Assembly (NCBI GenBank): GCA_042570545.1
Contig: JBHPGJ010000002.1
Location: forward strand, 31,741 to 95,740
Reading direction: 5' to 3'
Source of the DNA: Patescibacteria group bacterium
Lineage (GTDB): Bacteria > Patescibacteriota > Patescibacteriia > JBHPGJ01
DNA: 64,000 bases
A program made the position numbers and the translations under genes. Of the stretch, positions 18,901-28,309 are shown in pieces; positions within the stretch are counted from its first letter, which is position 1; each line of letters opens with the position of its first letter. Under the pieces are notes generated by a model. The model did no database searches and was not told the origin of the DNA. It saw only the letters and a list, made by a program, of their open reading frames with translations.

Positions 18901-21900
18901 GCAGGTTGGTTTTGTCAGTACCCCGTATGGTCCGTCTGATGCCTGCAGCGGCGGCGGTCAAATATTAAATCCCAACAACAACAGCTGGTTCTGGGATGAT
19001 CTGGGTACACCAAACTTTACCGTTAATCCAACCGGTCCTGGCTTTGGTCTAAATCAGACAGTTGTCCAAGCCGTAAACGAAAATCTGGCAGTTGCTCCTG
19101 AACAATTATGTACCGAAGCAGCACGAATAGATCCACAACCGGCCCGGGACTGCTCTGATATTACCATTGATTATGCTCATTGTGTTGATAATCTTGATTG
19201 TCAGGACTATGACGGTATCCCGGCTACAATTGAATGTCCGGCAGCCACTTGTGATGATGTGACAAATCGCTGTAATCCGATCGTTTTTGGCCTGACGCCA
19301 AACAATGGTCCGTTAGGCACCTGGACAAGTGTCAATGGTTGCTATTTAGGCGGTTATCAATCTCCGACTTGCTTTAATCCCACCCAACCCGAACACGGCA
19401 ATCCCTGTAATTTTGATTCCCAATGCGGTATCGGCGGTGAGTGCCGCGGCAGCCGGGTAATATTCCATAATCAGGTTCCAGCCAAGTGGCCAGCGGTTTG
19501 CGGAGCGCCGGGTTCAACTTGGAGCGATACATCCATCATCGTGGAAGTACCGGACAAGGACACACCGCCTGGGGATGATGCTGTTACCGGACCGGTGGAA
19601 GTGTTTAGGTCCATCGATAATTTCTCAGCTATGTCGCCGGCTGACTTCACTGTCAATGCTAATCCGTTAGCGCCGGGCTTGTGCTGGGCGATACCAAATC
19701 AAGGACCAGAGCAAACGCTGGTGACTCTAATAGGGGATAATTTTGGCTTCCCCCGCGATATAGCCAACGACAAGGTCTACTTTTACAGCTCGACAGCTCC
19801 TGGCAATAGAGTTGAAGTAGCATCGTATATTGATTGGCAAAATCAGCAGATTCAAGTACGAGTACCAGCAGGTGCAGAAACTAATTTGGATATAGCTCAT
19901 ATCTGGTATCCCAATGAAGTAGCTGTCTTTAAGAGTTTATTACAGAGCAACCCGGTCAAGTTTGATGTTAATGCTAACGCTTGCGGGGCTACCTGTTCTA
20001 ATGACGCCGAGTGTGTAGCAGTCGGTCCAAATCTCGGCTGTGATGCTACCGGTTGTTGCGGTACGGCGCCTGATGTTGATTTTGTAAATACTTATCCGGG
20101 TATAAATGAAGTTAATGTTTGCCGTAATACATTAGTTACTGTTAGCTTTGATATGGCGATGATCCCCAGTACGTTAAATGCTAATAATATTACATTAGAG
20201 AATCTTACTGCTGGCGGCATTGTTTCACCCACCTCACTTAATCGCGGCAGTCAAGTTATTAAACTTTCCTATGGCTTATTGGATGCCGGCACCGATTACC
20301 GGATTACCGTTACAACCAATGTAGCTAACTCCCAAGGCGTGCATATGCTCAACAATAGGTCTTGGACATTCCAGACTAGGGCCCAAACACCACAAGAATC
20401 TGGTATTTGTAACATAGCGTTTGTAAATGTAACACCTGGTAATCATGATTATACCGCTTTGAATGAAAATATGACGTTCAATGCTCAGGCGCTTGATGCC
20501 ACCGGACAACCCATAATACCTATCCCCGGTGTCTTAGATTGGGCCTGGCTGTGGGAGAGCACTGATACTAATATTGTAAATCTGTTAGGACCCGTAGATA
20601 CTGACACAGTGAATACCGATGCCCTGGCTAATGGCTCGGTCCTGATCAGGGCTAACGCTAATGCCACCGTCGGCTGGGTAGGCACGGTAATCGGCCAGGC
20701 GACAGCTAATGTAAGATTCTGTGAAAATCCCTGGAGCTATACTGATGTACCAGGCTGTGCAATTGGGACGTGTAATGAGAATTATAATTTTACCACCGGT
20801 TATTGTCGTGGTAATGCCCCACCTTTACTGCCGGTACTGGATACCAGCATTCCCAATCGGGGCTGGTTGACGCAAAATGCCGTTCTAAGAAAACAATACT
20901 TGTTCAGGATCCCCAACACTGAGGACGGTATCGGCATACGAGTATTTGCAAATCCGGGACTGTTGTCAGTCCAAGAATGGTATAACCAAGAGGTGCCGAA
21001 TCCCGGAACGATCCAAGCCCTGACGGTAGATGGTTATGACGCAATTCGTGATGGTACCAGTGTCTATGTTGGGGCTACCAACTATACTGCTGCTACAGGG
21101 TTAAATGGTCGCATCTTCTTGTTTTCTTATAATAGCGACGCTGGTCCGGAAACGGTTAATATATTTAATCAATTGTTAGACTATATTAGTTTTAATACTA
21201 ACATTACAACCAGTACCTGTCTGGCCGTGCCAGCGGTACCGGACAAGGTATGTATTGCGCGAGATCTGAAACGGGTAAATGGAGTTAGGACAGTGGCTGG
21301 ACTACTGAATGGCTATCGAGCGGGTGGCCAAGGCGGCGGTGGTAGTAATCTGGTGAAAAATAAGGGTTTTGAAGTCGACGATAGTACCAATTATGATACA
21401 GCTGCCGGCTATGACAATGCCGTGGCAGGCGACGATCGGCCAAATGGCTGGTCAGAACCGCCGGCAACAGGTACACGAGATAGCGTGGTCAAAAGAGGTG
21501 GAGCCTTCTCAGTAAAAATCGAAACTAATGGCAATCAACGTTATGTTTATCAGGATATTCAGATTGAACAAGGTAAGAAATATATCGTCTCGGGCTGGAT
21601 CAGGACCGATCTGGAAATAGTTGGTGGCAGTAAAGCGGCCCTAACAACCGATTGTGTTGATGGCGGTCATAGTGTTAACAATGCCGGTTGTAACTTATAT
21701 CATCCCGCTGGCGTGGGCTTATCTGGTATAAGCGAATGGACTAGACAAAGTTTCATTGTTGAGGCTAATATGCCGACCAGTTCTCGACCCTACCTAAGAG
21801 TTAATTGCTATAACGGTCCCAATGCTGCCAGTACCGGTAAGATCTGGTGTGATGACATATCAGTTGTTGAAGGTACATCAATTTATCCTGATTTGGCTTC

Positions 21901-22276
21901 GGGCAGTTTTATCACCGGTATGACCACCAGTAGCTGGCCGACCTCTTGGCGCGGTAACTTCGCCAATCAACTGGGTTCCAATCAGTTGCCGGTTGATCCC
22001 TTGAATGTGTTTGATAATTGTCCGGTCGGATTTGATCAGACAGCTTGCTGGGATGATTCGATCAAACAATTTATATGCAATCAAGAAAGCCACATTTATG
22101 GTTATAAAACCGATCAAGGCTCCGACTATGACTTGTACGCCAATTTGGAATATGAAGGCTTGGGTGCCTGGACCAATTTTAATACGGCCACCGATATCTG
22201 TGCTGACGCTAGTGTCCAGACAGTTGCGCCAGGATCTCGCTGTGGCTGCTTTGACTATCGATTACAAAGTCCTTAA
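15974..22276 (+). CDS. Giant (2100 aa) Cys-rich extracellular protein with an N-terminal VirB2/TrbC-pilin-like two-helix membrane domain.
   Basis: N-terminus 'VINVIKWALGILALAAVAIMIYGGFLWITARGREEQIEKAKKVIIGALIGVVIVLLSWAIVLFV' has two hydrophobic helices separated by a basic loop. The remainder is Cys-, Gly-, Asp-, Asn- and Pro-rich with Ig-like stretches. The start uses an ATGA overlap with yqeY. Confidence 0.8.
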   Translation: MSKRRKSNKTNVLVIIAALTAAVSVGGFFSLVSVSAQTSFSIEDIGSSIGLGSADLKDVVINVIKWALGILALAAVAIMIYGGFLWITARGREEQIEKAKKVIIGALIGVVIVLLSWAIVLFVERFISGSTQTGGTVCTPGDQIPPIPATACFVCNATGTSWVPTGDPACIPGPSVFTLTDVETSNNGDATDVHLCSNANSIFNHRLNAQTILDADTLGDLGIYENPNTPGEIEVLGSFIPLTNSATWKHQLHCSNDRTQSCNNDADCGGAPNTCDKLFAANTDYEARFPQSIENFSGDFLQACSALPGCSFNNITNNFEFDFHVGVTTDIVEPTIVSADPMLPGNPGYPDRTISRYPIIDVSFNEPIDMTTVAALDVMGVARPIPANVKIEQWDNDPDAGGAYVVDVDPNIIQVQAKPQGFKLSLDGGHLLEPFTWYKIIVDNVEDLCGNSMVAQVDWNFQTTDAVPGVVGVYPPAGSSNVCPDTKIVVTFGTTMFNSDVTFQVTGGSVPIVITLPAASTMFPGPYTWTDGGGNTIRVVDPGPTADNNFRVYEVTPGVPLDINTTYDVAITTTLQIDVNGTTLSHNWQFATSTPELCACTPFVATVQPNQGPRGMCVSIVGECFDGTAAHPATVSNVEFDVDYGNPPPPAPWTSGEVTYNILLPDIIGTSIPLINTNDGNNPIFFNGDWPRARVTIAYADPAYGSHSSDPATNSFFVNSDNLADGPCLFSLNPGAGIAGTTVNAKGIRFGDPPPAQTTAEIHFEDGSGGANAGWLPGGWSQTDILTSVPGWAIDGDVFVRNDAGDSNKIYFDVIPPAPTSPMVLGHWPICASACLNAGMGADFNLNVEMDPTTIDGNTINVWKCTDGPTCNVFDPIPVAITVPSYVFNPIIPMNRAEWFGQNDFDPIEYYRVIMSNGILALSDGTPITNLNYDDPNNAINGLDSFSWIFQTGASACDIDTINTLPDAVTMTFANQQVGFVSTPYGPSDACSGGGQILNPNNNSWFWDDLGTPNFTVNPTGPGFGLNQTVVQAVNENLAVAPEQLCTEAARIDPQPARDCSDITIDYAHCVDNLDCQDYDGIPATIECPAATCDDVTNRCNPIVFGLTPNNGPLGTWTSVNGCYLGGYQSPTCFNPTQPEHGNPCNFDSQCGIGGECRGSRVIFHNQVPAKWPAVCGAPGSTWSDTSIIVEVPDKDTPPGDDAVTGPVEVFRSIDNFSAMSPADFTVNANPLAPGLCWAIPNQGPEQTLVTLIGDNFGFPRDIANDKVYFYSSTAPGNRVEVASYIDWQNQQIQVRVPAGAETNLDIAHIWYPNEVAVFKSLLQSNPVKFDVNANACGATCSNDAECVAVGPNLGCDATGCCGTAPDVDFVNTYPGINEVNVCRNTLVTVSFDMAMIPSTLNANNITLENLTAGGIVSPTSLNRGSQVIKLSYGLLDAGTDYRITVTTNVANSQGVHMLNNRSWTFQTRAQTPQESGICNIAFVNVTPGNHDYTALNENMTFNAQALDATGQPIIPIPGVLDWAWLWESTDTNIVNLLGPVDTDTVNTDALANGSVLIRANANATVGWVGTVIGQATANVRFCENPWSYTDVPGCAIGTCNENYNFTTGYCRGNAPPLLPVLDTSIPNRGWLTQNAVLRKQYLFRIPNTEDGIGIRVFANPGLLSVQEWYNQEVPNPGTIQALTVDGYDAIRDGTSVYVGATNYTAATGLNGRIFLFSYNSDAGPETVNIFNQLLDYISFNTNITTSTCLAVPAVPDKVCIARDLKRVNGVRTVAGLLNGYRAGGQGGGGSNLVKNKGFEVDDSTNYDTAAGYDNAVAGDDRPNGWSEPPATGTRDSVVKRGGAFSVKIETNGNQRYVYQDIQIEQGKKYIVSGWIRTDLEIVGGSKAALTTDCVDGGHSVNNAGCNLYHPAGVGLSGISEWTRQSFIVEANMPTSSRPYLRVNCYNGPNAASTGKIWCDDISVVEGTSIYPDLASGSFITGMTTSSWPTSWRGNFANQLGSNQLPVDPLNVFDNCPVGFDQTACWDDSIKQFICNQESHIYGYKTDQGSDYDLYANLEYEGLGAWTNFNTATDICADASVQTVAPGSRCGCFDYRLQSP

Positions 22277-22287
22277 ATTTATGTATT

Positions 22288-22758
22288 ATGACTAACGGCA
22301 CAAACATCCCACCAACTCAACCGGTCGAATCATCAAGCCGCTTTAATAAATGGTGGCTAATAATTATTATCTTAATTTTAGTTGTTGTGGGAGTAGTATT
22401 TGGAATTTCATATTATACTCGCGACACGTCGACAGATACCGATACTAGTAATGCTACCCAGAATGTAAACGGCATCATCTTTCCGATGGATGTTCATCAA
22501 CCACCCGATCAAGATCGTGACCGTCTGACAGATAATGAAGAAGCTACTTATGGTACCGATCCGCTAAAAAGCGATACTGATGGCGATAGTTTAAGCGACT
22601 ATGATGAGATAGCTATTTATAAAACTGATCCCAACGATCAGGATACCGATAAAGATGGCCATCTAGATGGTGACGAAGTAAAGGATGGATTTGATCCCAA
22701 CGGTCCCGGTGAGATATTAAATATTAATAATTCGTTATCCAACCAAACCCCCAATTAA
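22288..22758 (+). CDS. Single-pass membrane protein with thrombospondin type-3-like Ca-binding Asp repeats.
   Basis: TM segment 'WWLIIIILILVVVGVVFGI'; repeats 'TYGTDPLKSDTDGDSLSDYDE...KTDPNDQDTDKDGHLDGDEV'. Confidence 0.6.
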   Translation: MTNGTNIPPTQPVESSSRFNKWWLIIIILILVVVGVVFGISYYTRDTSTDTDTSNATQNVNGIIFPMDVHQPPDQDRDRLTDNEEATYGTDPLKSDTDGDSLSDYDEIAIYKTDPNDQDTDKDGHLDGDEVKDGFDPNGPGEILNINNSLSNQTPN

Positions 22759-22762
22759 AAAT

Positions 22763-24184
22763 ATGGCAAAACAAAAAACTGAAACAACTGACGTCCGTCC
22801 GCAACATAAAGTATATTCTATGCCTGACCGGTTTATGCCTAAAGAATCGGGTGGAGGCAACAGCTTCTTAACCATAATACTGATCTTAGTTGTTATTGCC
22901 TTAATTGCTGGTGGGGCAATATTTTATTTTATGCGAACACCAGCCAATGAGAATACGAATACTTTGCCTAACACCAACGGTATCGATTTAACTAATAGTA
23001 TTAGCAACACCAACACAGCCCAAGAACTAAACTTGGCTGAGCACCAAATAGTAAACGATGGTTCGACAATTAATATCCCAGATAATTGGCAAATAACCGC
23101 CAATGTTCAAGATGATGTTATTTTAACCGTGGCCAGTACCCAACAGGATACTACCAGCGATGGCAATAGTATCGCTGCCCTGATTACCGTAGCCCGACGA
23201 ACAGTGGAAACAAACACCATATCCGCTTTTGTAAACGAATTCTTAGTAGAGCAGGAAAGACGTTTCCCTGATCTGGAAGTAATTACTCAGAATACTGTCA
23301 CCGTAGCTGGACGAGAAGCAATAGTAGCCGATTACACATACAGCAGCCTACAAACTAAACTACAAGTGCGAACTTTATATATAATTATTGGTCAAACTGC
23401 ATATTTGGTGAACTTCACGGCTATTGAAGAGCAGTGGCAAAAATATGACCAAGATGCTACCAAGATCCTGACATCAATAAGGCCTGCAGCTCAGCAGACG
23501 ACTAATATAAATACCAATGCTAACAGCAATAATAATACTAATTCATCAGTAAACACGAATAACAATACTAATTCAAATGTGACTCCCATCCCGTTGACTA
23601 ATGATGATGATCTGGATGGCCTGACCTTAGATGAGGAAACCTTATACGGGACCGATCCCCAGGCCAGAGACACAGACGCCGATGGATTCATTGACGGCTA
23701 CTCTTTGTCATCAGCCGGCGTGGTCAGTGGTGAATTAGCACTCGGTTATAATCCTAATGGCGACGGCCTGATGAAGGATACTAACCTGGTACGTGGTTAT
23801 ACCAATCAAGACTTTAGTTATTCAATTATTTACCCGACCAGTTGGATAGTAGAATCGATTGTTCCTGACAACGCTAACATTATGTTTACCTCGCAACCCA
23901 GCACTGGAGAATTTGTTCAAGTAATTATTCAGGATAATCCGAGTGAATTAACGGCCAAGAACTGGTATCTTAATTTAAATCCGACAACAAATCCAAGTTT
24001 GATAAAAACCATATCGGTTAATGGTCTTGAAGGTGTTCGTAGTTTGGACGGACAAACAGTTTATTTATCAAAAGCCGATAAGATTTATATTTTAGTTTAT
24101 AATGTGGGTAATTTAGAAACGGCAAATTTTCGCGCAACTTACGAAATGATGTTGCAGAGTTTTAAATTAACCGGGAGCAGCTAG
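22763..24184 (+). CDS. Single-pass membrane protein with an Asn/Thr low-complexity linker and a TSP3-like repeat.
   Basis: TM segment 'FLTIILILVVIALIAGGAIFYF'; 'DDDLDGLTLDEETLYGTDPQARDTDADGFIDG'; an N-rich segment around nt 23500-23590. Confidence 0.6.
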   Translation: MAKQKTETTDVRPQHKVYSMPDRFMPKESGGGNSFLTIILILVVIALIAGGAIFYFMRTPANENTNTLPNTNGIDLTNSISNTNTAQELNLAEHQIVNDGSTINIPDNWQITANVQDDVILTVASTQQDTTSDGNSIAALITVARRTVETNTISAFVNEFLVEQERRFPDLEVITQNTVTVAGREAIVADYTYSSLQTKLQVRTLYIIIGQTAYLVNFTAIEEQWQKYDQDATKILTSIRPAAQQTTNINTNANSNNNTNSSVNTNNNTNSNVTPIPLTNDDDLDGLTLDEETLYGTDPQARDTDADGFIDGYSLSSAGVVSGELALGYNPNGDGLMKDTNLVRGYTNQDFSYSIIYPTSWIVESIVPDNANIMFTSQPSTGEFVQVIIQDNPSELTAKNWYLNLNPTTNPSLIKTISVNGLEGVRSLDGQTVYLSKADKIYILVYNVGNLETANFRATYEMMLQSFKLTGSS

Positions 24185-24192
24185 GGTTATCG

Positions 24193-24642
24193 ATGGCGGT
24201 AAAGTTTTTTGGACATTTGCCAGAAAATCCAACCAAGCTGAAGGCGATAGTCAAATACTGTCTCCGCTCGTATCGGGCACTACCAAGACAAGTCAATATA
24301 ATATTTGTCAGTCAAAAAGTAATCCAGCAACTCAATCGACAATATCGCCAGCACAATAAACCGACAACAATACTTAGCTTTAATTTTGATTTGATAAATC
24401 TGTCGAAGGATCAGCAATCGATCGGGGAAATATATTTAAGCTCAGCTGAAATTAGACTAGCAGCCAAAAAATCAAAGCTGGCTTATCAATCAATGCTATA
24501 TCACCTAGTAATTCATGGCTGTCTGCACTTAGCCGGCTTCCATCATCAGAAAATGCAGTCGGCTAATACTATGCACAAGGAAGAAAAAAAATTAGCCGAA
24601 AAATTCACTCCAAATATTTTACCATCACATGTCATTCATTAA
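24193..24642 (+). CDS. ybeY: rRNA maturation endoribonuclease YbeY.
   Basis: The 'HLVIHGCLHLAGFHH' H-x3-H-x5-H zinc motif near the C-terminus; appropriate size. Confidence 0.75.
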   Translation: MAVKFFGHLPENPTKLKAIVKYCLRSYRALPRQVNIIFVSQKVIQQLNRQYRQHNKPTTILSFNFDLINLSKDQQSIGEIYLSSAEIRLAAKKSKLAYQSMLYHLVIHGCLHLAGFHHQKMQSANTMHKEEKKLAEKFTPNILPSHVIH

Positions 24643-25000
24643 TATTAAATCATTTGTAAAAAGTGTCAGCTATGCCTGGAGGGGCATTAGGCAAGCGTAC
24701 AAAAGTGAACAAAATTTTCGCCTTGATACGTTTGCCGCTGTTATAGTTGTGGCCTTAATGGTATTTTTCCGACTTACTTGGGGCGAAGTGATCGTGTTAA
24801 CTTTAATGATTATACTGGTTATGGTTTTAGAGCTGGTCAATACTAGTGTCGAAAAGATGACCGATTTATTTAAACCTCGCATGCATCATTATGCCGAGGC
24901 CGTAAAAGATATTTTAGCCGGAGCGGTATTAATTGCCTCATTAGGAGCCCTATTTGTAGGTTTTCTAATATTTTACCCTTATATTTTGGGGCAAAAATAA
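24629..25000 (+). CDS. dgkA: Diacylglycerol / undecaprenol kinase.
   Basis: Three TM helices and the 'EKMTDLFKPRMHHYAEAVKDILAGAVL' DAGK_prokar motif. Confidence 0.8.
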   Translation: MSFINIKSFVKSVSYAWRGIRQAYKSEQNFRLDTFAAVIVVALMVFFRLTWGEVIVLTLMIILVMVLELVNTSVEKMTDLFKPRMHHYAEAVKDILAGAVLIASLGALFVGFLIFYPYILGQK

Positions 25001-25067
25001 CTTTTCAAATATCAATATCTCGTATATAATAGACGAAGATTACTATAAATCCTAAAAAATAAATAAA

Positions 25068-26306
25068 ATGGCAAAAGAGGAATTTATTTGCGGCATTGAT
25101 GTCGGCTCGGCAATGGTCCGAGTGGCCATTGGGCAGCAACCAACTGAAGAAAATACAGCTGCTCATATTGTTGGTGCCGCAGAGCATCCGGCAGAAGGAG
25201 TTTCTAAGGGATCTATAAGCAGTATTGAAGATACGGTTAGTTCAATATCTCAAGCTTTGGAACAAGCCGAAAGAATGACTGGCGTGCCGATAGAGCAGGC
25301 CTTTGTTGGCGTCAATGGCACTCATGTAGTATCACAGGATAGTCATGGTGTAATTGCTGTTGCTAAGTCAGATGGCGAAATCAGAGAAGAGGACGTCAGT
25401 CGGGTGATTGAAGCAGCTCAAGCGGTGGCCACCCCAGCCAACTATGAGATTTTACATGTTATCCCGCGCAGCTTCACGGTTGATAATCAGAAAGGGATAA
25501 AGGATCCGATCGGTATGACCGGTATCCGCCTTGAAGTGGATGCGCAGATTATTCAAGCCCTATCAAGTCAAATTAAAAATTTAACCAAATGTATATATCG
25601 GACTTCTGTCGATATTAATGATTTAGTATTGGGGCTGTTAGCGGCGGCCGAATGTACGCTTAATCACCGGCAAAAAGATTTGGGAGTTACTTTAATTAAC
25701 ATCGGTTCTAGTACAACGGGCGTAATGGTCTTTGAAGAAGGTGATGTTCTACATACCAAGATCCTACCGGTGGGCTCAGCTCATCTGACCAATGACATAG
25801 CTATCGGTCTAAGGACCTCAATAGATTTGGCTGAACAAGTTAAGTTAAATTATGGTACCGCCTTGCCTGAAGCAGTGAATAAGAGAGATGAGGTGAATCT
25901 CGGTGAACTTGGCGGAGACGAAGGAGTCATTTCTCATAAACACATTGCCGAAATTATTGAGGCCCGAGTTGAAGAAATATTTACTATGGTCGACAAAGAA
26001 TTACAGTCGATCGATCGTTCGGGCTTGCTACCGGCTGGAGTGGTGCTGATCGGGGGTGGAGCAAAATTATCCGGAATGGTAGAGGTAGCTAAAAGGGTAT
26101 TCCGACTGCCGGCGGTGATTGGTACGCCACAGAGTGTCACCACGGCCATTGACAAGGTTAAAGATCCGGCCTTTGCTACATCAGTCGGCTTGGTAAAGTG
26201 GGGCACCGGATTCGACAATCAAACCGGATTTTCACTGAGTAATCTCTCATCGGTAAAGGATGTAACCAAAAAAATGAGAGGCTGGTTTAAGTCTTTGATG
26301 CCTTAG
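25068..26306 (+). CDS. ftsA: Cell division protein FtsA.
   Basis: Actin-like ATPase N-terminus 'FICGIDVGSAMVRVAIGQ'; length and position immediately upstream of ftsZ. Confidence 0.9.
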   Translation: MAKEEFICGIDVGSAMVRVAIGQQPTEENTAAHIVGAAEHPAEGVSKGSISSIEDTVSSISQALEQAERMTGVPIEQAFVGVNGTHVVSQDSHGVIAVAKSDGEIREEDVSRVIEAAQAVATPANYEILHVIPRSFTVDNQKGIKDPIGMTGIRLEVDAQIIQALSSQIKNLTKCIYRTSVDINDLVLGLLAAAECTLNHRQKDLGVTLINIGSSTTGVMVFEEGDVLHTKILPVGSAHLTNDIAIGLRTSIDLAEQVKLNYGTALPEAVNKRDEVNLGELGGDEGVISHKHIAEIIEARVEEIFTMVDKELQSIDRSGLLPAGVVLIGGGAKLSGMVEVAKRVFRLPAVIGTPQSVTTAIDKVKDPAFATSVGLVKWGTGFDNQTGFSLSNLSSVKDVTKKMRGWFKSLMP

Positions 26307-26463
26307 GGCTAATAAACCCCATAAATAAGGGTGTTGGTAAGGCTTTACAAACTTAAATAGGCCAGTTACACTAGGTAATAGACAAAAACAAAGGCAAAAA
26401 AACAAAAATTACCCCAAGGTTTTAGCTTGGCGGTTAATACGTTTTAATACTCTACAAAATCAT

Positions 26464-27669
26464 ATGATTCAAAAAATATCTCGTCGCGGTCCAGTAGAAG
26501 TAAAACCAGATATTGAAACACTTGCTAAGATAAAAGTCGTCGGAATTGGCGGTGGCGGCAACGCTGCAGTCAATCGGATGATTTCTTCTAATCTACAAGG
26601 TGTTGAATTTGTCTCAATTAATTCAGATGCCCAAGCCCTACATCAGTCTGATGCACCACATAAGCTGCACATTGGTAAGACTACCACTCGCGGACTTGGT
26701 GCCGGCATGGATCCAGAATTGGGACGAAAAGCAGCTGAGGAAGCACAAGACGAGATTCATGATCTGTTAAAAGGATCAGATATGGTTTTCCTTACTTATG
26801 GTCTCGGCGGTGGTACCGGCACTGGTGCTACACCGATTATTGCCGAGGTTGCTAGAGATGTCGGTGCGTTAACGGTGGCGGTAGTTACAAAACCATTTGC
26901 TTTTGAAGGTGCACAACGTGCGGCCATTGCCGATGCTGGACATGAAGACATCGCCGATAAGGTTGATACAATTATTACAATTCCTAATGATCGCCTACTG
27001 CAGATAATTGATAAAAAAACATCACTGCTTGATGCTTTCTCGGTGGTTGATGATGTATTACGTCAAGGCGTGCAGGGTATTTCAGAATTAATTACCATTC
27101 CCGGTTTAATCAATGTCGATTTTGCTGACGTCAAAGCGATCATGGAAAATACCGGTTCCGCCTTAATGGGTATTGGCCAAGCTTCCGGTGAGAACAGGGC
27201 AGTTAATGCCGCTAAGGCTGCCATTGATAGTCCGTTATTAGAGCTATCAATTGAAGGAGCTAAGGGTATCCTATTTACAATTACCGGCGGACCTGATCTG
27301 GGTATGCATGAAGTTAACGAAGCTGCCCGAGTTATTACCGGTGCCGCTGATGGTAATGCTAAAGTAATATTTGGCTCAGTTATCGATGACGCTCTAGAGG
27401 GCGAGGTAAAGGTTACCGTTATTGCCACCGGTTTTGGTAAAGGAGCCGCTCCTAGTCGGACAGCAAAGAAAATAATAGCACCGAAAGTAACCCCTTTTGA
27501 AGAACCTGAGCCAGCAGCTATGGTATCAGAACAAGTTGAGGTGCCAATGCCTGAGCCGGTAACTACAGCACCTCCCGAGCCATTACCTAAAGTTGAAGTA
27601 TCTGAAGAACCAACCAAAGAAGAAGAGGATTTAGAAATTCCTGCTTTTATCAGGAAGAAAATGATGTAG
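26464..27669 (+). CDS. ftsZ: Cell division GTPase FtsZ with a Pro/Glu-rich C-terminal tail.
   Basis: '[13 protein letters not shown]', 'GLGAGMDP' and 'GGGTGTGA' are tubulin/FtsZ signature motifs. Confidence 0.95.
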   Translation: MIQKISRRGPVEVKPDIETLAKIKVVGIGGGGNAAVNRMISSNLQGVEFVSINSDAQALHQSDAPHKLHIGKTTTRGLGAGMDPELGRKAAEEAQDEIHDLLKGSDMVFLTYGLGGGTGTGATPIIAEVARDVGALTVAVVTKPFAFEGAQRAAIADAGHEDIADKVDTIITIPNDRLLQIIDKKTSLLDAFSVVDDVLRQGVQGISELITIPGLINVDFADVKAIMENTGSALMGIGQASGENRAVNAAKAAIDSPLLELSIEGAKGILFTITGGPDLGMHEVNEAARVITGAADGNAKVIFGSVIDDALEGEVKVTVIATGFGKGAAPSRTAKKIIAPKVTPFEEPEPAAMVSEQVEVPMPEPVTTAPPEPLPKVEVSEEPTKEEEDLEIPAFIRKKMM

Positions 27670-27748
27670 CCTGCTTGGCTATGGCTTCAATATGTATTTA
27701 TTTATAGTGACCTGGACTAAAAAGGTGCTTTTTACGTAAATTATATTT

Positions 27749-28225
27749 ATGAAATGTCCAGCCTGTCATCATAGCGATACCAAGGTAACTGATTCTCGTT
27801 TGACCAGAGAGGGTTTGGCTATTCGTCGACGTCGAGAATGTTTGAAATGCTCATTCCGGTTTACCACAGCTGAGGAGGTAGAAATTTTAAACTTAGCCGT
27901 AGTTAAGCGTGATGGCCGATCTGAACCATATAACCGAGATAAGCTTGAAGCCGGATTAAGAAGAGCACTTGAAAAAAGACCAGTAACTGTCGAGGAATTT
28001 AAAAGATTGGTTAGTCGCATTGAGCATGATATACAAAAAAAGGGACGACAGGAGATTAAAACACGTGAGATCGGCGAAATTGTTATGAAAAACTTAAGAC
28101 GACTTGATGCGGTAGCTTATATAAGATTTGCTTCGGTTTATCGGTCTTTTAAAGATGCTAAGACTTTTCAGCAGGAACTTAATCAGTTACTGGGCAAGAA
28201 GAGAAAAAGTAAAAATAAAAGCTAA
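27749..28225 (+). CDS. nrdR: Transcriptional repressor NrdR.
   Basis: 'MKCPACHHSDTKVTDSR...RRRECLKCSFRFTTAE' zinc ribbon plus an ATP-cone. Confidence 0.9.
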   Translation: MKCPACHHSDTKVTDSRLTREGLAIRRRRECLKCSFRFTTAEEVEILNLAVVKRDGRSEPYNRDKLEAGLRRALEKRPVTVEEFKRLVSRIEHDIQKKGRQEIKTREIGEIVMKNLRRLDAVAYIRFASVYRSFKDAKTFQQELNQLLGKKRKSKNKS

Positions 28226-28309
28226 AGTTAGTAATAAGCAAAAAGCGGTGTTTGATGATTATTTGAAAACGTTTTAAAATGACCCAATACTCAATATTAA
28301 CTTAATAAA

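Noticed and set aside
16213-22295. Small ORFs on both strands within the 2100-aa gene (for example 16213-16572, 16892-17233, 20276-20685, 21878-22117, 22005-22295).
   Set aside because: They are embedded in a continuous 6.3-kb ORF with a consistent domain architecture, and they have no independent signals.
27063-27617. 184-aa antisense ORF inside ftsZ.
   Set aside because: ftsZ is unambiguous on the plus strand. The antisense translation is Gly/Ser/Ala low-complexity, which reflects the GGT/GGC-rich ftsZ codons.
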